From Candidatus Woesearchaeota archaeon (GTDB lineage: Archaea; Nanobdellota; Nanobdellia; Pacearchaeales; GW2011-AR1), in contig CAYIIQ010000002.1 of assembly GCA_964363545.1 (NCBI GenBank), positions 1-34,529 on the forward strand: a stretch of 34,529 nucleotides of DNA, written 5' to 3'. The notes under the pieces are model-generated. The model was not told the DNA's origin and made no database searches. It saw only the letters and a list, made by a program, of their open reading frames with translations. Of this stretch, positions 24,926-32,856 are shown one piece after another (position 1 is the stretch's first letter; every line of letters starts with the position of its first letter). Made by a program: the position numbers and the translations under genes.

Positions 24926-25279
24926 CTATCGAAAACATATATCACACCCTTTCTCAATTTTCTCAAGTGAATGGTGAAACTTACAAATATTTTGGTTTTC
25001 TCTTAATAATTTTAATATACTCTGAATCTCCGCAGTAGAATCTACATTATTAATAATTTTATCAACAGATTCCTGAATTTTCTTTTTTATTTTGTAATTA
25101 AATCTAAAGTTAATTGCTCTGTGATTATGTAAATATTGAGAAACTGCTGATTTAGTTAATCCTAAAAATTTTGAAATTTCAACTTTTTTAATTCCTCTCT
25201 TTAACATCTCTAGTGCAAATTCTCTTCTAATTGCAGGAATAACATGCCACAATTCAAGCTCTTGAATCATCATTTCCAT
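24926..25279 (-). CDS. HTH transcriptional regulator with C-terminal Cys/His cluster (candidate suf regulator)
   Basis: HTH-like KVEISKFLGLTKSAVSQYLHNHR. C-terminus CKFHHSLEKIEKGCDIC (C-x2-HH ... C-x2-C). First gene of the suf gene string. Confidence 0.55.
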   Translation of the reverse strand: MEMMIQELELWHVIPAIRREFALEMLKRGIKKVEISKFLGLTKSAVSQYLHNHRAINFRFNYKIKKKIQESVDKIINNVDSTAEIQSILKLLRENQNICKFHHSLEKIEKGCDICFR

Positions 25280-25345
25280 TAGTTAACTATTGTTAACTAT
25301 CCTTTATAAAGGTTATTATCATAAAAAGAAACAATAAAAAACCAG

Positions 25346-26857
25346 TTAATACAGCTCTTTATACTTCCTATTCAAATATTCAATAAAATACCTTGAATTA
25401 AAATCTTCTCCACATGTTTTTTTAACAAGCTCTTTAAAAACAAAAGTTGAACCATACTGATGAACATGCTTCCTAAGCCAGTCTTGTATTTTTCTAACTC
25501 CAGTAGTATTTTTAACAAGCTCTGAAATCTTGTCAACATTTTTTTCTAGTTTATATTTCCACATTGTAGAAAGTATAGTTCCAAGAGAATATGTAGGAAA
25601 ATAACCTACATTCCCATTACTCCAGTGAACATCTTGCAAAACTCCAGAACTATAATCTGGAACTTTTAAACCAAGATACTCTTGATATTTTCTATTCCAA
25701 AATTGTGGGAGTTCTCTAACATTAATTTTACCTTCAATTAAAGCTTTTTCAATCTCGAATCTTATCATTACATGAAAATGATAAGTTAATTCATCTGCTT
25801 CAACACGAATTAAACCAGGCTTTACTAAATTCATATATCTATAAACTTCCTCAACAGAGTACTTTCGAAATTTTGGATTTATTTCAATAATGTCTTTATA
25901 AATTAATTTTAAAAATTCTTTTGATTTTCCAATAAAATTCTCCCAAAATCTTGACTGTGATTCATGCATAATTAAACTACTTCCTCCAGCAATTGGTGTG
26001 TAGTGTAGCTCTTCACGAGACTGCAAATCGTAAAGTGCATGCCCATATTCATGCAGTGTAGATCCATAACTCTCGGCAAAATCTTTCCCTTCATATCTTG
26101 TAGTAATCCTAACATCTCCTTTACCAATCATAGTCATAAAAGGATGTGGTGAAACATCCATTCTAATATGATTCATATTATAATGTAACAATTTCAAAAT
26201 TTTTCTGTTAAAGTTTTCCATTCTTGCAGTTTCATAACGAATATATTCTAGTTCATGTTTAGTTTTGTATTTTTTTGAATTTTTAACATAATTTAAAAGA
26301 TTTATTAATGGTTTTTTAATTTCATTAAAATATTTTTCAACTTCATTTGTTGTCAAGCCTTCTTCATACTCATCAAGAAGGGCATCATAAGGATGCTTCT
26401 TATATCCAAGATATTCCGTTTTTTTCCTAGAAAGTTCAACAATCCTGCTCAAATAAGGCTCAAAAATAGAAAATTTGTTTTTTTCTTTAGCATTTTTCCA
26501 CGCAACAAACCCTTCTGTTGTAACTTTTGAAAATTCTTCAATAAATTTTGGTGGAAGTTTCTGATAAAAATTCAAAAAGTGTTTCAACACTCTAACAACT
26601 CCTTTTTCATAATCGTTTAAGCCAGTTTGTAAAGAAGCTTTTTTAATTGAAGAAACAAATTTCTTATCTAAAAATAATCTTTGGGATAAAACTGCAGTTT
26701 TCCCTAAAGCCATGCCTCTAGCTTCTACACCTTCTGGTGGCATATAAGTGTTAAGGTCCCAGTTTCCTAAAGAAGTTAAATGCCCCAGAGACCAAATTGA
26801 TTTGTAATTATCTAAAATCTTCAATATAATTTTATTTTTAATTAATGTTTCTGTCAT
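25346..26857 (-). CDS. M32 carboxypeptidase (Taq-type)
   Basis: HEYGHALYD (HExxH), HESQSRFWEN and DVHWS, motifs typical of family M32. Confidence 0.85.
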   Translation of the reverse strand: MTETLIKNKIILKILDNYKSIWSLGHLTSLGNWDLNTYMPPEGVEARGMALGKTAVLSQRLFLDKKFVSSIKKASLQTGLNDYEKGVVRVLKHFLNFYQKLPPKFIEEFSKVTTEGFVAWKNAKEKNKFSIFEPYLSRIVELSRKKTEYLGYKKHPYDALLDEYEEGLTTNEVEKYFNEIKKPLINLLNYVKNSKKYKTKHELEYIRYETARMENFNRKILKLLHYNMNHIRMDVSPHPFMTMIGKGDVRITTRYEGKDFAESYGSTLHEYGHALYDLQSREELHYTPIAGGSSLIMHESQSRFWENFIGKSKEFLKLIYKDIIEINPKFRKYSVEEVYRYMNLVKPGLIRVEADELTYHFHVMIRFEIEKALIEGKINVRELPQFWNRKYQEYLGLKVPDYSSGVLQDVHWSNGNVGYFPTYSLGTILSTMWKYKLEKNVDKISELVKNTTGVRKIQDWLRKHVHQYGSTFVFKELVKKTCGEDFNSRYFIEYLNRKYKELY

Positions 26858-26898
26858 CTAAATATAAGAAAAAATGAATTTAAAAAAGTTTAGAAAGC

Positions 26899-27030
26899 TC
26901 AACACCCTCCTTTTCCTCGAATCATATTTTTAGTCCATCCACAAGTCTTAACAGCACTATGTCCACCAACAACCTTATACTGCTGTTTTTCAAGTCTTTC
27001 CCTTGCTTCTTTCGTTAACATTTCTTGCAT
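26899..27030 (-). pseudogene. 43-codon stub matching the N-terminus of tRNA wybutosine enzyme TYW1/Taw1
   Basis: MQEMLTKEARERLEKQQYKVVGGHSAVKTCGWTKNMIRGKGGC* parallels archaeal Taw1 (...KQHYAIVGRHSGVKLCHWLKKSL..G..CYKQKFYG...). It stops before the radical-SAM CxxxCxxC core, and no continuation exists in any frame before the M32 gene. Confidence 0.5.
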
Positions 27031-27118
27031 TTTATATTAATTCTTCAAATATTAGATTTAAATAAATTATTATACTATAATTATAATCCAATAAAGGAAA
27101 ACTAAAAATTAAAAACTC

Positions 27119-27967
27119 CTAACTCTGAAAAAAACCCTCCACAACTTCCTTCACAATATTTGATTCTAAAGCAAATCCTAAAGATTCAAATCCTCCAATT
27201 TTGAAATTATTTATTCCTATGACTTCTTTGTTTATATTTACAAGAGGTCCTCCAGAATTTCCAGGATTTATAGGAACATCAGTCTGAATATACTCATTCC
27301 CATTAGCTTTTCTATTAACAGCAGAAACAATTCCTTCTGTCACTGAAAAATCCAAACCAGCTGGATTTCCAACTGCAATAACTCTTTGACCAACTTCCAC
27401 ATCATCTGAATCCCCAAACTCCAAATAATCTAAACCATCTACTTCAATTTTCAATAACGCAATGTCAGTTGAAGTTGAATAATCAACAAATTCTGCTTCG
27501 TAAACATTTCTATCAGAAGTTAAAACAACAATTCTTTTCGCTCCTTCAATTACATGCAAATTCGTTGCAATATATCCATCACTTCTTATTATAACTCCAG
27601 ACCCTTGAGAAACATCAGTTATAACAGAAACAACAGATTTTACAACATCATCAACTATTCCAGTAAAATCTTGGCTTTTAACTTGAATATTGGAAATATC
27701 TTGCTGTAACTCTGAAATTTGTGAAGAGCTTTCCTGTATCTGTGAAATAATAAATTCAAAATCTTCCTGGTTTTTATTTTCTGCTTCTTTTATTTCTTGT
27801 TGCAAACCTCGAATGTTCGCGCCCTGCACACTTTGTTTAATACTTAGCTCTGATAACTGGCCTTGAATTATATATATTTCATAAGTCTGATAAGCTAGTA
27901 TAGAAATAACTAAAATAATCAAAAGTGTAAATATTGTAAGCCCTGTCCTAAAATCTTTCTTTCGCAT
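27119..27967 (-). CDS. Membrane-anchored trypsin-like (S1C/HtrA-type) serine protease without a PDZ domain
   Basis: N-terminal TM (LTIFTLLIILVISILAY), a coiled-coil linker, then protease motifs TNLHVI (His), DIALLKI (Asp) and NPGNSGGPLVN (Ser). Confidence 0.75.
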   Translation of the reverse strand: MRKKDFRTGLTIFTLLIILVISILAYQTYEIYIIQGQLSELSIKQSVQGANIRGLQQEIKEAENKNQEDFEFIISQIQESSSQISELQQDISNIQVKSQDFTGIVDDVVKSVVSVITDVSQGSGVIIRSDGYIATNLHVIEGAKRIVVLTSDRNVYEAEFVDYSTSTDIALLKIEVDGLDYLEFGDSDDVEVGQRVIAVGNPAGLDFSVTEGIVSAVNRKANGNEYIQTDVPINPGNSGGPLVNINKEVIGINNFKIGGFESLGFALESNIVKEVVEGFFQS

Positions 27968-28037
27968 CTTAACTTAAAACCCATAAACTTAAAAGAAAAA
28001 GCTTATAAATACTTTATCCCCATTAAACTAACGAAAA

Positions 28038-28724
28038 ATGCAAAATACAAAAGGTGAAGAAAAAATTGCCTCTCCAGTAAGAATAGAATTTTATGAAGTT
28101 CATACAAGAGATGGCAAGAATTTTATTATAGCAAAAGGAACTATAACTGAAGTAAAAAAATATACGATCGAGGATTTTCTTGAAGATTTTAGAAAAATAT
28201 ATGAAAACAATTACGAGTTAATACCAAAATACTCAAGCAAAAACAGATTATATGATTTATTAAATAATACGGGTTTGTCAAAAAACAGATTAGAAGATAT
28301 AACATCCTCATCTCAACAAGATCCCTCTTCTCCAATCTCGATAACACCTCCTTTTTTACAAGTAGTAGATCACTCTACCAGTAAAAATAAAAAAAATGTT
28401 AGAGTAGTTTATGTTTCTCAAGACGAAATTAATTTTTTAGAATGGAAATTAGGAAACAAAGGGAAAGATTTACCAGGAAGAATTCTTGGATTATATGACC
28501 CAAATACTGAAACAGCATATGTTGTTGAAAATCAATCTGAAGAGCAAAAAGATTTTGTAGAATATCATGAAAAATGGCATCATGAAGACGTCCAACATGG
28601 CGAAAAACTAAGCTACAAAAGTCCAAGACTTGCAGAAATCCTAGCAGATGAATATGCAAGAAGAATGACTGGTTATGATTTGGGAAGAACTGAAAGAGAT
28701 TATCAAAGTTATGAACTTAACTAA
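28038..28724 (+). CDS. Hypothetical protein with a C-terminal HExxH motif
   Basis: RILGLYDPNTETAYVVENQSEEQKDFVEYHEKWHHEDVQHGE resembles minimal zincin (SprT/WLM-like) cores. No further support. Confidence 0.4.
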   Translation: MQNTKGEEKIASPVRIEFYEVHTRDGKNFIIAKGTITEVKKYTIEDFLEDFRKIYENNYELIPKYSSKNRLYDLLNNTGLSKNRLEDITSSSQQDPSSPISITPPFLQVVDHSTSKNKKNVRVVYVSQDEINFLEWKLGNKGKDLPGRILGLYDPNTETAYVVENQSEEQKDFVEYHEKWHHEDVQHGEKLSYKSPRLAEILADEYARRMTGYDLGRTERDYQSYELN

Positions 28725-28895
28725 TTTGTCAAAAACCAAAACTTCAAAATGAAACGAGAAGAAATATGAGTGAACTCAGACTAACAAAAGAATCTATAAA
28801 CGAATTTTTGATTTTATTAACCTTAACAAATTAATCACTATTTTCAAACAACTTTTTTACATAATTTTTATAAACTCTCTTTTAATTTATTAAAG

Positions 28896-30395
28896 ATGGA
28901 AGAATATAAAGTAAAATTTATAGATTTTTTATTAAAGACTGGTGCATTAAAAGTTTTTGAAGATCCTTCTGATGATAGGACACTAAAAAGCAAAAGAATT
29001 TCTCCTTGGTTTGTTAATATTGGAGACTTTGATGATGGCGAATCTTCTAATGCATTGGGTGGATTTTATGCAGATGCACTTTTAAATTCTGGTTTTGAAT
29101 TTGATTTATTATACGGAATCCCAGACAAAGGAAGAGAAATTGTAGTTGCTGTATCAAATGAAATGGCAAGAAAGAGGAAAAATATTCCTAGATTTTCTAC
29201 AAGAAGAGTTCCTAAAGATCATGGTGAGGCTTCAACGGTTCAAGCTTATGGGAATGCAAGAACTGTTAAGGAATTTCTTGCAAAGATGCAAGGCTTATCT
29301 CAAAGTGATAGAATCAAATCATGGGTTATAGGTAGACCACCTCAAGATGGGCAACGAATAGTTCAGTTAGATGACGTATTTACTGTGGGTGACGCAAAAT
29401 ATGAAGCTTTAGATATGTTGAGATTTTTAGGAAATTTTAATCTGCCCTTGATTGTAATTGCTGTTGACCGACAAGAAGTTGGTATTGATCTATCTGGAAC
29501 TGGAACAAGCGCTATTGAACAATATCAAGAAAAAACTGGAACACAAGTTGTTTCTATTGTGAATGCAGTTAGTGTTTATAATATTTTGAAAGATGGAAAT
29601 TTGTATTCTGAAAGAGCTCTGGAAAGATTAGCAAATTATATAAGAGTTTATGGAACAAAAGATGCTCGTGCTGCAATCGGTAGAGGGCTAGAACAAAAAG
29701 TAATTGAACTAGATAGAAGTGTAATTCCTGCTTGTGATGTTTCTACTTTGGAAGAATTTGAATCTTTAATAACAGATACTGCAGATGTAGACGGAATTGG
29801 GGGTTATAAAATCGGATTTGAATTAGCTTTAGGTTATAGTTTAAGTAGAGTTGTAGAAGTTGTAAAAGAGCGTACTAATAAGCCGGTTATATACGATCAT
29901 CAAAAGGCCGGAACAGATATTCCAGATACTGGAAAGAATTTTGCAGAGGTTTGTAAAAAAGCTAAAGTTGATGCTGTTATACTTTTCCCACAATCAGGAC
30001 CAGAAACAGAAAGAGCCTGGATTTATCATGCTTTAGATAAAGGATTAAAGGTTATTGTTGGTGGAAGAATGACACATCCGGCCTATACAGTAAGTGAAGG
30101 TGGATTCATTACAGACGAAGGTGCTTTAGATATGTATAGAATTGCTGCTCGTGTAGGAGTAAATAATTTTGTTGTTCCAGGAAATAAGCCAGAAGTTATA
30201 AAACAAGTTAGAGATGTTGTAGAGGCTGAAGGAGTTAATCCCGTATTCTATGCTCCAGGATTTATTGCTCAGGGTGGAAGCATTTCTGATGCTGCAAGAG
30301 TAGCTGGCGACAAGTTTCATGGAATTGTTGGTAGGGGAATTTATCAAGCTCAAAATAAAAGAGCTGCTGCGATAGAATATACTTCTCAAATATAA
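28896..30395 (+). CDS. pyrEF: Fused orotate phosphoribosyltransferase / orotidine-5'-phosphate decarboxylase (UMP-synthase-like)
   Basis: N-half: TLKSKRISPWFVNIGDF, KDHGE, QLDDVFTVGDA (PRPP loop), AVDRQEVG, all collinear with E. coli/yeast-type PyrE. C-half from about residue 270: IPACDV, YKIGFEL, DHQKAGTDIPDT, LFPQSG, GRMTHPAY, PGFIAQGG, IVGRGIY, collinear with archaeal PyrF. Confidence 0.8.
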   Translation: MEEYKVKFIDFLLKTGALKVFEDPSDDRTLKSKRISPWFVNIGDFDDGESSNALGGFYADALLNSGFEFDLLYGIPDKGREIVVAVSNEMARKRKNIPRFSTRRVPKDHGEASTVQAYGNARTVKEFLAKMQGLSQSDRIKSWVIGRPPQDGQRIVQLDDVFTVGDAKYEALDMLRFLGNFNLPLIVIAVDRQEVGIDLSGTGTSAIEQYQEKTGTQVVSIVNAVSVYNILKDGNLYSERALERLANYIRVYGTKDARAAIGRGLEQKVIELDRSVIPACDVSTLEEFESLITDTADVDGIGGYKIGFELALGYSLSRVVEVVKERTNKPVIYDHQKAGTDIPDTGKNFAEVCKKAKVDAVILFPQSGPETERAWIYHALDKGLKVIVGGRMTHPAYTVSEGGFITDEGALDMYRIAARVGVNNFVVPGNKPEVIKQVRDVVEAEGVNPVFYAPGFIAQGGSISDAARVAGDKFHGIVGRGIYQAQNKRAAAIEYTSQI

Positions 30396-30468
30396 CAAAC
30401 CTATTTTCTATCAAATAACACATAAATAAAATAAAAACATTTAAAAAACATCTTTTACTTGAATAATC

Positions 30469-30663
30469 ATGTCTAAAAAAAGGTGTGTATATTGCAAAGT
30501 TGATCTCGCAGAAAGTTCTGTAATTGATGTTTGTGACAACTGTGGAAATAAAGTCTGGGGAGATAAAATGTTTAAAACAATAGTTAACAACATGACAAAC
30601 GCAAAAGAAAAAGGTGATTTACATCAAGGCCTTGTTACAATAAAAAATTCTAATAATTCTTGA
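30469..30663 (+). CDS. Small zinc-ribbon protein
   Basis: CVYC...x12...CDNC four-Cys ribbon at the N-terminus. 64 aa. Confidence 0.5.
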   Translation: MSKKRCVYCKVDLAESSVIDVCDNCGNKVWGDKMFKTIVNNMTNAKEKGDLHQGLVTIKNSNNS

Positions 30664-30794
30664 TTCTAACTAAACTCATATTTTCAGATGCTCGATATTT
30701 TTTTCTCACAAAGAGAATTATAAGAAAAACAGCTAATATGATAAAAATCCAGGTCTTACAAAAACCTTATAAATTTAAATAAGCTTACTTTATA

Positions 30795-31100
30795 ATGTTA
30801 GATGACGAAAAAATTCACTTGTCAGGCTTCAACCTCGAACCAGTAGAATCTGAAATTATAAAAAACATAATAAAAACCTACAAACACAAAATAGAAGAAA
30901 AAACAAGTTATCAAGAAATAAGGTTAAGACTAAAAAAATCAAGACATGGAAAAGCTTTTATGCATGAAGTTAACGGCAACATAATGGCAGGAAAATTAAG
31001 AATAACTGCTTCATCATCAAACTATAACATGTATAAAGCGTTAACAGAAGTTTTGGAAAAGCTTTTAAATGAAACTGAGCATCGGATAAGAAAAAGATAA
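30795..31100 (+). CDS. HPF/RaiA (YfiA)-like ribosome-associated protein
   Basis: IHLSGFNLEPVESEIIKNIIKTYKHKIEEK...IRLRLKKSRHGKAFMHEVNGNIMAGKLRITASSSNYNMYKALTEVLEKLLNETEHRIRK is collinear with bacterial HPF (INITGKNvEvT..l..yv..K..Kle....h..v....g..l.a....dmY.aID...dKLe.Qi.K). Gene lies directly upstream of rpl21e. Confidence 0.5.
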   Translation: MLDDEKIHLSGFNLEPVESEIIKNIIKTYKHKIEEKTSYQEIRLRLKKSRHGKAFMHEVNGNIMAGKLRITASSSNYNMYKALTEVLEKLLNETEHRIRKR

Positions 31101-31109
31101 AACAACAAA

Positions 31110-31346
31110 ATGTCAAGAAAAGAAAAAGGTATTAAATTAAGCAGAATTTTCCAAAATCTAAATATTGGAGATAAGGTGGCTCTAGTTAAAAACCTCTCTG
31201 TAACTGCAACTTTCCCAGCCAGACTTAATGGAAAGACAGGAATTATAGAAGCTAAAAAAGGAAACTCTTATATAGTCAAAATTAAAGATAACAATCAAGA
31301 AAAACTCTTTGTAGTTAAGTCTACCAACCTTAAAAAACTAAAATAA
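31110..31346 (+). CDS. rpl21e: 50S ribosomal protein L21e (eL21), short form
   Basis: IGDKVALVKNLSV...FPARLNGKTGIIEAKKGNSYIVKIKDNNQEK matches the SH3-like L21e core. Conserved L21e-rpoF-DUF655 order. Confidence 0.75.
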   Translation: MSRKEKGIKLSRIFQNLNIGDKVALVKNLSVTATFPARLNGKTGIIEAKKGNSYIVKIKDNNQEKLFVVKSTNLKKLK

Positions 31347-31458
31347 TAACCCATAAGTTATTTAAAGCCAGATTTCTAAGGAAAATTAAATAAACTAAAC
31401 GGAATTTGACACAAAAGGCTAATGAAAATAAAAGTAAAGTATGTAAGATAGGTGTAAA

Positions 31459-31764
31459 ATGATAATAGAAAAAAACGCGCTAAGTATGGCTGAAACATTA
31501 AAAATACTTGAGAAAGACAAAGAAGAAAACAAAGAGCTAATTGGATTTATAAAAAGATTCACAAAAATTAAAAATGATGATGTAAAACAACTCAAACAAG
31601 AACTTGAAAATGTCGGAATTATAAAAATAAACAAAGAACATATTGCAAAAATTATCGACATAATACCAAAAGACTCTTCAGACATAAATAAAATCTTCGT
31701 AAATGAAAGCTTAGACGAAAATGAAATTAATAAAATACTCGAAATTGTTAAAAAACATATATGA
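31459..31764 (+). CDS. rpoF: DNA-directed RNA polymerase subunit F (Rpo4)
   Basis: About 100 aa, helical, LSMAETLKILEK...FIKRFTKI...AKIIDIIPKDSSDINKIF pattern. Synteny between rpl21e and DUF655. Confidence 0.7.
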   Translation: MIIEKNALSMAETLKILEKDKEENKELIGFIKRFTKIKNDDVKQLKQELENVGIIKINKEHIAKIIDIIPKDSSDINKIFVNESLDENEINKILEIVKKHI

Positions 31765-32306
31765 AAATGACAGAAAAAGAAGAATATGCAATTGCTCTAG
31801 ATTATTTGCCATACGGCTATCCCCTAGAAGGAAAGAACCTTCCTGTAATCCAAGCCATAGGCGAGAAAAATTTCATACTCCTACAGTTAGTACCTCGAAA
31901 AGATATTTCTATAGAACCCAATGAAAAGCTTTACATTGGAGAAGGTAAAAGAGATAAAGTACACTATATTCTTGGTAGACTTCCTCGCGAAAAACTAACA
32001 GAAAATGCAAAAATCCAATTAGAAGAATTTATAAACGAGTCTGTTACTAAAAAAGAGAATGAGTTCGTTGTTTTTTTCAACAAAGCAGAAGCAATCAACA
32101 CGCGAATCCACCAACTTGAGCTTCTTCCAGGATTTGGAAAAAAACATGTACAGGAAATTTTAGAAGCTCGAAAAGAAAAAGAATTTCAAAGCTTTGAAGA
32201 CTTGAAAAATAGAATTTCAGGCATTCCAAATCCAAAAAAATCAGTTGAGAAAAGGATATTTAAAGAACTAACAGAAATGGAAAGATATAATTTATTTGTG
32301 AAATAA
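31761..32306 (+). CDS. DUF655 family protein (OB fold + HhH, putative nucleic-acid binding)
   Basis: EEYAIALDYLPYGYP...QAIGEKNFILLQLVP...FVVFFNKAEAINTRIHQLELLPGFGKKHVQEILEAR...FQSFEDL, the characteristic DUF655 signature. 4-nt overlap with rpoF. Confidence 0.8.
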   Translation: MKMTEKEEYAIALDYLPYGYPLEGKNLPVIQAIGEKNFILLQLVPRKDISIEPNEKLYIGEGKRDKVHYILGRLPREKLTENAKIQLEEFINESVTKKENEFVVFFNKAEAINTRIHQLELLPGFGKKHVQEILEARKEKEFQSFEDLKNRISGIPNPKKSVEKRIFKELTEMERYNLFVK

Positions 32307-32349
32307 TAAATATGGGAGTTGTTAAGAACCTTTGGTTCTTATTTGTAAA

Positions 32350-32838
32350 ATGAAACCAACAAAAACAAAACCAACCGAAGAAACACTAATAAGAATCTTA
32401 TCAACAGATATACCTGGAAATAAAAAAGTGTTCGCGGGCTTGACAAGAGTAAAAGGGATTTCATGGAGCTTTTCAAATGCTTTATGCACTTCCCTAAAAA
32501 TAAACAAGCAAAAAAAAGTCCAAGACCTCACAAAAGAAGAAATAGAAAAGATAAACGAGTTTGGAAAAAATGTTAAACTTCCTAGCTTCCTGATTAACAG
32601 AAGAAATGACCGAGACCTTGGAATAAACCAACATCTGCTAACAGCAGAATTTGATTTAAAAAAGGAATTTGATATAAAAAGGCTAAGAAAAATTCGAGTT
32701 TTTAAAGGGTGGAGACACGCTATCGGCCAGCCTGTTAGAGGCCAGAGAACTAAAAGCCATTTCAGAAAAAATAAAGCTATTGGTGTTACAAAAACTAAAG
32801 AAAAATCAAAACGAAATCTCTCATCTAAAAGTAAATAA
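32350..32838 (+). CDS. rps13: 30S ribosomal protein S13 (uS13)
   Basis: LIRILSTDIPGNKKVFAGLTRVKGI...GWRHAIGQPVRGQRTKS. Track start 32332 is TTG, and the ATG at 32350 is used here. Confidence 0.9.
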   Translation: MKPTKTKPTEETLIRILSTDIPGNKKVFAGLTRVKGISWSFSNALCTSLKINKQKKVQDLTKEEIEKINEFGKNVKLPSFLINRRNDRDLGINQHLLTAEFDLKKEFDIKRLRKIRVFKGWRHAIGQPVRGQRTKSHFRKNKAIGVTKTKEKSKRNLSSKSK

Positions 32839-32856
32839 AAGGAAAATGTTAGAAAA

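Noticed and set aside
28740-28840. Tiny ORFs in the spacer upstream of pyrEF: MKREEI* and MSELRLTKESINEFLILLTLTN*.
   Set aside because: They are 6 and 22 codons long with no motif and no conservation evidence available. They are most likely a chance occurrence within a promoter/leader region.
28896-30395. Compositional (GC) evidence that the pyrE-pyrF fusion is horizontally acquired.
   Set aside because: Hand counts of single 60-nt lines gave 25/60 and 26/60 G+C inside the gene, against 11/60 in a line of the recJ-like gene. However, a line of the conserved rps11 gene gave 24/60. The elevated GC may therefore just reflect strong protein-level constraint. A proper sliding-window and codon-usage analysis is needed.
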